DNA from: an uncultured bacterium
GTDB lineage: Bacteria; Patescibacteriota; JAHJAL01
Assembly: GCA_938004065.1 (NCBI GenBank)
Contig: CALKWM010000038.1
Coordinates: 2,466-66,465, forward strand
Reading direction: 5' to 3'
DNA: 64,000 bases
A program made the position numbers and the translations under genes. Positions 38,240 through 46,389 of this stretch are shown here, in pieces. Under the pieces are notes generated by a model that was given only the letters and a program-made list of their open reading frames with translations, had not been told where the DNA came from and did not search any database. Within the stretch, counting starts at the first letter, position 1, and each line of letters begins with the position of its first letter.

Positions 38240-40312
38240 TTGAGGTCAAAATTAAAGATGACTATTCTTAGAAAATATGGTTCTGCAATATTGTATGTAT
38301 TGATATTGCTTGTATTTGGATTTGGATACTGGATGAGTTGGCAAAACAAAATATGGACTGCAGCAAATATCAACGTGCTAATGCTAAGCACAATCAGCAT
38401 GATTGTCCTGGGAGGAATGTGGGCAGTCTTTTTTGCATTGAAGAGGGAATATATTATCTTGTTTCTGATTCCAATTTTAATATTGATAAAGGGTGAAGTG
38501 GTTGGATTGATTGGTTTGGTTGTATGGTTTTTGGCAAATCATACTACGGGAATGTGGATCAAGGATTTTTTGATCAAAAAAAAGAACAGTTTGTTTCAGA
38601 TATTTTTAGCGCAGTTTTTGGGAATGGGGGTCAACGCTTATCTAGTCTGGGGAATAATGCATTTTCCTATTAATTATAGCTGGGTGTATTATTTGATTTT
38701 TGTCTTTGAGATTGTTTTATTTAGGAAACATTTAATTCAATTTGGAAAGAAATTACAGTCAGTTATTTTAGAATTCAAGCCAAATTGGGAAATACGAATT
38801 GTGCTTTTTTTCATAATATATTTTCTTGTTTACAGCTTGAGTTCCTACTACAATTGGGATGATATTGCTAAACATTTGTTTATCGCAAAACAAACCTATT
38901 TGCAGGGGGTGTTTGATTTTGATCCAAGATATGTAGTGGGATTGGACACAAGTATTATTGCTCAGAACTCTTATGTGTCGGGATATATGTTGGGTGGAGA
39001 GATGACTGACAGATTGATAAATCTGATGATGTTTGCTTGCGGATGGTTGGTGTTGGCTGATTTTTGGAGAAACAAATTTGGAAATGGAAGTATTCTCGGA
39101 ATTTTGCTACTGATAATCACTCCTTTTGTGTTGTGGCAAATAGATATTAGCTTTATTGATTCATTTAATTTTTTCTCACTAGTCGTAATATTGATAGTTT
39201 TTTACAAGTTGATACAAAGGATAAAAGGTAAATACTTGACACTATACTTTATCTTGGCTGGTTTGGCATTCTTGACCAAGCAACAATCAGTATTCTTTCT
39301 AATACCGACTAGCGCAGTATTGACCGGTCTGATATTAATCAGAGACAGAAAATATATCAAGCATCTGTTGGTCGGAATAATCGCTTCGATAATGATCGTA
39401 TTGCCAATATTGGGCACAAATTACGCTGTTACTGCCAATCCATTTTATCCCTATATGAATAAAGTTTTTCAATCTGACTATCTGACGAGTGAAAACATAG
39501 GAGATCAATGGAAGAAGGATACATTTCCTCCGGATTTTGTATATGACATCACATTTAATGGGCAAGATTATATTGAAAATCACGCTTATAGTTTCGGTAT
39601 ATCTTATGTGATGTTAATATGGTTTATTCCTGTGATTATTATCGACAAAAAAAGATTGTCCAATGTATTGCTGATACTAACTTTTGCGGTTGGTGTAGCT
39701 ACGTGGTTTTTTGTGTCGGGTCCGTATATGAGATACTTTGTGGCTTTGATGCCTCTGGGTGCAACTTTGATAACTATGACAATTGCAAAGATTCAGGAAA
39801 TTCTAGACAATAAATATATGAAGGGAGTATTTGTTTTTATTTTGGCACCGGTGGTTTTACTAAATTTTTTGTGTATGACAGGTATTTCCAATGTAATGCC
39901 TACATATCCTATAACAAATCTTTATCAAAAAGACGTGGAATTTGTAAGTTATCAGGATATTAAAAAATCTTTTGAAGAAGCTGATAAAATATTTGAAAAT
40001 AACAACAAAGGATTATTGGTGGAATCTCCTGCATTATATTTTGCTAATACAAAAATTGAGAGTTTGTATTGGTATCATTGGAAAAATTATGAAGAAATCG
40101 CCACTTCGGGATTGTTCAATGAAGAATTGAGAGATTTGATTTTTAAAAAAAAAGAATTTGATTATATAGTGATACCAAATACTGACAACTATGGTTTGTT
40201 TACAGAGGAATTTTTGACTCTACTAAAACCAATTTATAAAGGAAATAGCTTTTCAGCGTATATAAATAATGAGAAAACAAGACAAAATACTAGCGATAGT
40301 ACCGGCGTATAA
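38240..40312 (+). CDS. large polytopic membrane protein (GT-C-like glycosyltransferase / polymerase candidate)
   Basis: 690 aa, >12 predicted TM segments, adjacent to the Dpm1-like synthase that would supply a polyprenyl-P-sugar donor. Confidence 0.4.
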   Translation: MRSKLKMTILRKYGSAILYVLILLVFGFGYWMSWQNKIWTAANINVLMLSTISMIVLGGMWAVFFALKREYIILFLIPILILIKGEVVGLIGLVVWFLANHTTGMWIKDFLIKKKNSLFQIFLAQFLGMGVNAYLVWGIMHFPINYSWVYYLIFVFEIVLFRKHLIQFGKKLQSVILEFKPNWEIRIVLFFIIYFLVYSLSSYYNWDDIAKHLFIAKQTYLQGVFDFDPRYVVGLDTSIIAQNSYVSGYMLGGEMTDRLINLMMFACGWLVLADFWRNKFGNGSILGILLLIITPFVLWQIDISFIDSFNFFSLVVILIVFYKLIQRIKGKYLTLYFILAGLAFLTKQQSVFFLIPTSAVLTGLILIRDRKYIKHLLVGIIASIMIVLPILGTNYAVTANPFYPYMNKVFQSDYLTSENIGDQWKKDTFPPDFVYDITFNGQDYIENHAYSFGISYVMLIWFIPVIIIDKKRLSNVLLILTFAVGVATWFFVSGPYMRYFVALMPLGATLITMTIAKIQEILDNKYMKGVFVFILAPVVLLNFLCMTGISNVMPTYPITNLYQKDVEFVSYQDIKKSFEEADKIFENNNKGLLVESPALYFANTKIESLYWYHWKNYEEIATSGLFNEELRDLIFKKKEFDYIVIPNTDNYGLFTEEFLTLLKPIYKGNSFSAYINNEKTRQNTSDSTGV

Positions 40313-40973
40313 CGAATCAAATAATATCCGTAAAGTAATTCTCGATTTGAAGAAGCATTGCCACAATGCAGACGTATTGCTTGTAAACGACTGTTCTACA
40401 GACAAGACATATAAAATAGCAGACAAATACGCTGACTACATTGTTGATTTGCCAATAAATCTTGGCATAGGGGGTGCGGTCCAAACCGGTTTTGTATTTG
40501 CGCGAGACAATAATTATGATATTGCTTTTCAGTTTGACGGTGATGGACAACACAACGCTGAGGAGGTGAAAATATTAATCGATTCAATACAGTCTGGTAA
40601 TGCAGATGTTGTAATTGGATCTAGATTCTTACGAGAAGATGAAGGATTTAAATCTACTGTGTTGCGCAGGATTGGAATAAAGATTTTTTCCTTTATAAAT
40701 TCATTATTGATAAAACAATATATTACTGATAACACATCAGGATTCCGTGCTTATAACTTGAAAGCAATAAAATTTTTATCGGATAATTATCCATCTGATT
40801 ATCCTGAACCTGAGGCGGTAATAATGCTAGGTAAAAAGAATTTCAAAATACTGGAAGTACCGGTACTCATGAAAAAGAGAGAAAAAGGAAAGTCATCGAT
40901 TACTGGTGTATATTCTTTTTATTATATGATAAAAGTGTTGTTAGCAATATTTATGACATCTACAAGGGAGTAA
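40269..40973 (+). CDS. polyprenyl-phosphate sugar synthase (Dpm1/ArnC-like GT2)
   Basis: ILAIVPAYNESNNI...LLVNDCSTD...DGDGQH motifs of the dolichyl-/undecaprenyl-phosphate glycosyltransferase family. Confidence 0.8.
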   Translation: MRKQDKILAIVPAYNESNNIRKVILDLKKHCHNADVLLVNDCSTDKTYKIADKYADYIVDLPINLGIGGAVQTGFVFARDNNYDIAFQFDGDGQHNAEEVKILIDSIQSGNADVVIGSRFLREDEGFKSTVLRRIGIKIFSFINSLLIKQYITDNTSGFRAYNLKAIKFLSDNYPSDYPEPEAVIMLGKKNFKILEVPVLMKKREKGKSSITGVYSFYYMIKVLLAIFMTSTRE

Positions 40974-40974
40974 A

Positions 40975-41397
40975 ATGTTTGATTTGTTGGACAAAGTGAA
41001 TACGAACAGAATTCAAATTTTTGCTATCATTGGTAGTATATTGTTTTTTGGTTTTGTATTTGAATTGGTGAGAAAAAGAAAGATAAGAGAGCAGTATGCT
41101 TTACTGTGGTTGTTTTTTGGACTTGTTTTTTTAGTTATATCGATATGGCGTGGTTTGCTGGAAAAAATTTCGATAATGCTTGGGATTGTTTATCCACCAG
41201 CGGCTTTTTTGTTGATATTGATAATAGCCATATTTTTGATTTTGATTCAGTATTCCGTAGTAATTTCGCAATTGACTGAGAAAACAAAAAAAATGAGTCA
41301 GGAGATTGGTTTGCTGAAGGAGAAGTTGAATAGAAAAAAGAATAGAAATCACAGCAAAATAAAAATTAAGGAATTGAATTCGATAAGCAACAAGTAA
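40975..41397 (+). CDS. DUF2304-family small membrane protein
   Basis: IQIFAIIGSILFFGFVFELVRKRKI...LLWL pattern and position right after the Dpm1-like gene match DUF2304. Confidence 0.55.
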   Translation: MFDLLDKVNTNRIQIFAIIGSILFFGFVFELVRKRKIREQYALLWLFFGLVFLVISIWRGLLEKISIMLGIVYPPAAFLLILIIAIFLILIQYSVVISQLTEKTKKMSQEIGLLKEKLNRKKNRNHSKIKIKELNSISNK

Positions 41398-41504
41398 GAG
41401 CAGAATCGCAATATATTTTTTAGATTAATGTACTGGATTTACGATAATTAATGTTCTTTACTCTAACATCATTTCGGGGATGACGAATTATAAAGAGGAT
41501 AATC

Positions 41505-42158
41505 ATGCAACTAATTGAAATCGTAAAACAATCGGATAAAATCCTCGATATCGGGACCGGCCCCGCAGGGTCGCATTTTTATCCATATGCAAAACCGGAG
41601 ACCATTATTGTCGGGATTGATAAATACAACAAACCGGAAGTGGAGCATCCGAATTTTATATATGAAGCGTTGGACGCGATGGATCTGGATAAAGTTGGCA
41701 CAGGATTATTTTCGAAATTCAAACCGGGGTGGATGGAATATTTTGATCTGGTAGTAGCTGATCATGTGATGGAGCATGTCAGTAATCCCGAAAAATTGGT
41801 AACAGGAATTAAAAAAGTATTAAAAAAAGACGGGATTGCACATATCGCGATTCCCGATCCAAATAATTTCACTGAGAAATTTTATCACCTGATTCATCCA
41901 GAGGGTGGTGGACATGTGAGCAAAATTCCAAAAAAAGAACTAATTGCTCTTTTTGAAAAGCATGGTTTTGAGTTGTTGTATTATACTGACATACCTGATG
42001 ATTGGAAGTGGTTGGAATTTTTGTATGATTGGAAACGAAGAGGGATCAAATATTTTGCCAATGAGGATATAAAATCTATCGTGGAGACTTTCCGGAAGGA
42101 ACTAACGGCGGAGAAAGGGTATTTTTATGGCGGTGAGTATTTTTGGCGGAGGAAATGA
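41505..42158 (+). CDS. class I SAM-dependent methyltransferase
   Basis: ILDIGTGPAG motif I, VVADHVMEHV. Confidence 0.6.
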   Translation: MQLIEIVKQSDKILDIGTGPAGSHFYPYAKPETIIVGIDKYNKPEVEHPNFIYEALDAMDLDKVGTGLFSKFKPGWMEYFDLVVADHVMEHVSNPEKLVTGIKKVLKKDGIAHIAIPDPNNFTEKFYHLIHPEGGGHVSKIPKKELIALFEKHGFELLYYTDIPDDWKWLEFLYDWKRRGIKYFANEDIKSIVETFRKELTAEKGYFYGGEYFWRRK

Positions 42159-42290
42159 CAAATTGGTAGGGACAGGTTTGAAACCTGTCCCTACCAAAAG
42201 GACAACCCGAGGGTTGCCCCTACAAATAATCATACGCCACCCTGGTTCACGAAAAACATGTGGATGGTACGGATGATGATGAAATGATTT

Positions 42291-42713
42291 TTATTTTTCT
42301 ATTATGTGCTTTTTGACAAACTTTTCAATCGCTGAAACTGTTTCTTCTTTCATATCAGGTGGACTGCTCGCAATCCAAACGGCGAAATTATAGAACTCAA
42401 CATTGTCGACTTGCAACCATTTGCCATTTTTTTCCAAAAATACCAAGAGTGCAGTGATAGCGATTCGTTTGTTGCCATTTTGAAACGGATGATTTTTTAT
42501 CATTAGATAAAACAATATTGCCGCTTTTCCTGCCAATCCTTTGTATAATGGCTTTTTATCGAATTTTTGAAATGGTACCAGAAGGCAACTTTCAAGAATC
42601 TTGGGGTAACGAGTGAAAAAGTCCGGAATTGGCTCCTGATAATCCATGTACTTCTTGGCGATATAAAAAGCGATTTTTTCTACCTCGGCCAATTTTATGG
42701 ATTTGATTGCCAC
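42291..42713 (-). CDS. doc: Fic/Doc-family toxin (death-on-curing)
   Basis: HPFQNGNKRIAITA matches the Doc variant of the Fic motif H-x-F-x-x-G-N-K-R. Confidence 0.75.
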   Translation of the reverse strand: MAIKSIKLAEVEKIAFYIAKKYMDYQEPIPDFFTRYPKILESCLLVPFQKFDKKPLYKGLAGKAAILFYLMIKNHPFQNGNKRIAITALLVFLEKNGKWLQVDNVEFYNFAVWIASSPPDMKEETVSAIEKFVKKHIIEK

Positions 42714-42716
42714 TTT

Positions 42717-42974
42717 TTATTCCTCCCCCAATAATTCGAGTGTGTGCCCATAATCCTTGATTACCCGATCTACTACTCTTTTAATATTTTTTTCTCTCTG
42801 CTTGGAGACTTCAAAGCCAAAAATATCCGTCAAATCCGTTGTGTCTATCACATAGTTGCGACCAACTTTTTGCGCTTTTATTTCTCCCGATTTGATTTTC
42901 TTGAAAACCGCAACATGGGAGATCCCCAATAATTGAGCTAAATCGTTGGTAGAGATTAAATTTTGTTTTTTCAT
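42717..42974 (-). CDS. putative antitoxin with excisionase/MerR-type HTH DNA-binding domain
   Basis: LISTNDLAQLLGISHVAVFKKIKSGEI HTH. 3-nt spacing to doc. Confidence 0.5.
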   Translation of the reverse strand: MKKQNLISTNDLAQLLGISHVAVFKKIKSGEIKAQKVGRNYVIDTTDLTDIFGFEVSKQREKNIKRVVDRVIKDYGHTLELLGEE

Positions 42975-43301
42975 ATCTTAACTTATGTTTTATAATTAAT
43001 ATATATTAACTTACTATATATAGGTTAACATATTATTAATTTTATTTCAATAGGATAATTTAAGAGAAAAATAAAGGAGGGAGATGATATATTTGTAGGG
43101 GCAATTCCCGCCCAAGGCGGACAGGAGCAACCTGTCCCTACGGGAAATCACACCTCACCACGGTTTACAAAAAACATTCTGACAGTGCGGGGGATGATAA
43201 TTTGATACAAAGTGATCGAATATATTTATTGACCTGAAATTTATATTTGTTTCTTTAAGATAAATAATTATAGAGATAAGATATTTATAAATCTGTCCAA
43301 C

Positions 43302-43737
43302 ATGAAGCCGCTAAATATTGTAATTTTTGAAGTAACAGATTGAGTCGGAAAAACAACTGCTTTCAATAATCTGACAAACTACAGTTTTTATTACATCGAT
43401 CGTTTCACCGGATCGGGGTTTGTTTACGACTCTATTTATGGTCGAGCAGATAATCGTAGTCGGATTATTAATTTTAAAAAAGAATTTTTTAAAAATTAAT
43501 AATGCCATTGTATTTATGGTCTATTTACATTGTGCCCGGAAAGAACAAATTAAACGGATACGACAGTATGACGAAAAATATTTGGACCGAATAGAAAAAT
43601 TGGATTTATCTTTGGAAGGATATCGAGAGTATTTAACATTAACACCTAATAAAATAATTATTGATACTACCAGTTCCTCTCCTAAAAATACAGTCAAAGA
43701 AATTTTGGAACAAATAAATAGGTATTTAAAAAGATAA
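43302..43737 (+). pseudogene. thymidylate/deoxynucleoside-kinase-like P-loop kinase disrupted by an in-frame TGA and a frameshift
   Basis: Reading from 43302 gives MKPLNIVIFEVTD*VGKTT...YYIDRFTGSGFVYDSIYG (P-loop and DRY..S..AY motif). The downstream ORF 43420-43737 continues a kinase-like C-terminus in another frame. Confidence 0.4.
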
Positions 43738-43743
43738 TAGTAT

Positions 43744-44187
43744 CTAGCTTTTTTTTACCGCCATTTTTATTTGTGCTCTGGTACCAGTAGGAGAATCAAT
43801 GCCAATCGTATCCAATGCGTCAATTTCCTCGATGTCAAACCAACCATAATCCATAAGTTCCGGAGATAATTTCACTTTAGTTTTGTTGTTATCAATATCT
43901 ACCAAAAAAATTAAGCCCAGGCGATAGATGTCGTTAGAGTCTTTTTGCCAACTGTAACTATGCAAATATTTTACAGGTGTGTCAGATGTAATTTTTATGC
44001 CTACTTCTTCATAAATTTCTCGAATTAAAGTTTGTTCCACCGATTCGCCAATTTCCATTTTCCCTCCCAGATTTTGCCATTTCCCGGGAAAAATATCGTC
44101 GTTTATATTTCTTCTAACTAGAAGATATTTGTGAGCGCTATTTTTTATAACGGCAATTACGGATACAATTTGTAATAAATTGGTCAT
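43744..44187 (-). CDS. Nudix hydrolase
   Basis: Nudix box GGKMEIGESVEQTLIREIYEEVGI. Confidence 0.8.
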   Translation of the reverse strand: MTNLLQIVSVIAVIKNSAHKYLLVRRNINDDIFPGKWQNLGGKMEIGESVEQTLIREIYEEVGIKITSDTPVKYLHSYSWQKDSNDIYRLGLIFLVDIDNNKTKVKLSPELMDYGWFDIEEIDALDTIGIDSPTGTRAQIKMAVKKS

Positions 44188-44270
44188 GGTTTTTTGATAA
44201 TAATTTTACGGATCTATCTCCCCGCCCTTTGGGCAATTCAGAATGTTCAGTTATTCAAACCACCTTCATT

Positions 44271-44640
44271 TCTCAGGATGACAGAGATCCTGAATCGCTC
44301 GAGCGCTCGTATAACTCGCCTCGGGTTCAGGATGACATTGTAATTTGTTTGGAATTTGATTAGACAAGGATGGGTGGAACAACGTAGAACTCCTTCCATT
44401 TCTTAAGATGACAGAGATCCTGAATCGCTCGAGTGCTAGTATAACTCGCCTCGGGTTCAGGATGACATTGTGATTTGTTTGGAATTTGATTAGACAAGGA
44501 TGGGTGGAACAACGTAGAACTCCTTCCATTTCTTAAGATGACAGAGATCCTGAATCGCTCGAGTGCTCGTATAACTCGCCTCGGGTTCAGGATGACATTG
44601 TGATTTGTTTTCCGCCCAAGGCGGACCAGTCATAAACTGG
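44271..44640. repeat. tandem array, ~2.8 copies of a 130-bp unit (hairpin element GAGATCCTGAATCGCTCGAG..GGGTTCAGGATGACA + 73-bp spacer)
   Basis: Unit starts at 44284, 44414 and 44544. Spacers are identical between units. Confidence 0.8.
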
Positions 44641-44672
44641 GGAAATTGGAAATTGATACTTGGAAATTGTCC

Positions 44673-46040
44673 TCAAACCCCTCCCCTATTTACAAAAAAC
44701 ATTCTGACAGTGCGGAGGATAATGATGAAATCCAGGAAAAGTGATCGGTTTTTGAGGTAATAGAGATCGTACTGGAGTTTTTCGTCGGCGTCGGAAAAGG
44801 ACGCGCTGTAGTTCATATTGATTTGCGCCCAACCGGTTAATCCCGGTTTGATGAGATGTCTTTTGTAATATAATTTTTGTCGTTGTTCCAGTTTGCCAGT
44901 AAATTCCGGCCGTTCGGGACGGGGACCGACGAGACTCATGTCCCCTATCAAAATATTCCAAAATTGCGGGAGCTCATCGAGACAAGATTTGCGCAGGAAT
45001 CGGCCGATGTTGGTAACTCGGTTGTCGTGGGTGGTAGCCCATTTGGCTTTTTTGGTTTCGGCATTTACCGTCATGGTGCGAATTTTGTAGAGATTGAATA
45101 CTTGATTATTGATGCCCATCCGAGATTGCGAGTAGAAAAACGGACCGCGAGAGTCGATTTTGACCAGAATGTATAATAGTGGAAATAAAATAACAAAAAT
45201 AATTAATCCGATCAAACCGGCCACGATATCGATCAATCTCTTGAAATAGATATTGATTTTATGCGGAGAGTGGTTGATATTGGCAAAAATTATCTGGCTG
45301 ATATGCTCCAAGGGGATTTTGCCGGTTAGGTGCTCGTACAGGTAAGAGATGTCAATCAGTTGAGCGTGGTTGGTCAAGCAGTAATCGGTAATTATCGCCA
45401 ATTCATCATGATGGTTGGACAATTTGTTGATGTCCAGAACGATAACATCGATTTGCCGGCGAGCGAGAATTTTTTTGATGTCACCGAGGTGACCGATAGT
45501 TTTTAATTGATTGTTGCGAATAGATTGATTGGTAACTATCATACCGTTTAATTGATAGCCAAAAGAGGGATTGGAATTGATCAGGCGAGATAAATTGGAT
45601 TCAAATTTCTGATTGCCGATAATAATGATTTTTTTTAACAGTGGGCGGGAGATGAAGATTTTGTTGAAAATTATCCGCCAGACAAAAAGGGAAAAGCCGG
45701 TAACTAAAAGCAGGATAATCAAAATAGTTTTGGGGGTAATGTTGAAGGCGGGAAAACTGTAAAAAAAGATAATTGATATGATAAAGTTAATTATAGATGA
45801 GCGAAGAGTGGCATAGGTTAAAAATTGTATATTGGAAAACTGAAAATAGTCGTAAAGTTGGTTGATATAGTACACAATCAGCCAGAGGACAAAAACCGGA
45901 ATAAAGACATACAAATGCTCGCGATAGTTGTAAAAAATATCGTTTAATATTTGGTATCGGATAAAAACACTTAGCCAGAGGGCGAGGATCAAAATACACA
46001 GGTCGCCCGAAAATAATGTAAGACGTTTAACGAGATTCAT
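44673..46040 (-). CDS. polyprenyl-phosphate hexose-1-phosphate transferase (WbaP/WcaJ-like bacterial sugar transferase)
   Basis: N-terminal TM bundle and C-terminal catalytic domain with DELPQFWNILIGDMSLVGPRPERPEF and a terminal ...RTVRMFFVNRGGV. Confidence 0.85.
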   Translation of the reverse strand: MNLVKRLTLFSGDLCILILALWLSVFIRYQILNDIFYNYREHLYVFIPVFVLWLIVYYINQLYDYFQFSNIQFLTYATLRSSIINFIISIIFFYSFPAFNITPKTILIILLLVTGFSLFVWRIIFNKIFISRPLLKKIIIIGNQKFESNLSRLINSNPSFGYQLNGMIVTNQSIRNNQLKTIGHLGDIKKILARRQIDVIVLDINKLSNHHDELAIITDYCLTNHAQLIDISYLYEHLTGKIPLEHISQIIFANINHSPHKINIYFKRLIDIVAGLIGLIIFVILFPLLYILVKIDSRGPFFYSQSRMGINNQVFNLYKIRTMTVNAETKKAKWATTHDNRVTNIGRFLRKSCLDELPQFWNILIGDMSLVGPRPERPEFTGKLEQRQKLYYKRHLIKPGLTGWAQINMNYSASFSDADEKLQYDLYYLKNRSLFLDFIIILRTVRMFFVNRGGV

Positions 46041-46200
46041 TGAGGAGAAATTACAAATTACAAATTACTAATTACGAGATAAAAAACTTTTCCCAGCCCA
46101 AGGCTGGTCCGCCCAGGGCGGAAAACTTGTTCAAACATTTTTAAACTTTCCAAAATTTATGAAGTAGAAAGTGAAAAGTTGGAAAGTGAAAATTTTTTCT

Positions 46201-46300
46201 GGATCCCCAATCCAGCATTCGCCGGACAAGTTGTCTAATCGCTCGTCCCTCGCTTTCGACTCGAGGATGACAGATAAGAAAATTAATTAGCACTACTCAT
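46201..46300. mobile_element. MITE copy (core GGATCCCCAATCC..CGAGGATGACA + right TIR GATAAGAAAATTAATTAGCACTACTCAT; left TIR absent)
   Basis: Homologous to 6057-6180 and 14706-14823. Confidence 0.6.
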
Positions 46301-46389
46301 TAATTTAAGTTTGCTAAGTTTGAAAATTGGTATGCTTGATAAGTTTATAATTGATTCTAATCTAATTTAACCATAACTAATAATAAAAA

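Noticed and set aside
43311-43508. 65-aa minus-strand ORF
   Set aside because: Antisense to the TMK-like pseudogene fragments. AT-rich low-complexity translation.
44266-44529. 87-aa ORF (..DLCHPEK) spanning the tandem array
   Set aside because: Composed entirely of repeat-element sequence and reads through identical tandem units. No independent coding signal.
44271-44640. Possible CRISPR array (regularly spaced palindromic repeats)
   Set aside because: The 73-bp spacers between the hairpin repeats are essentially identical, so the whole 130-bp unit is tandemly duplicated. No cas genes are nearby. This is a minisatellite built on a MITE.
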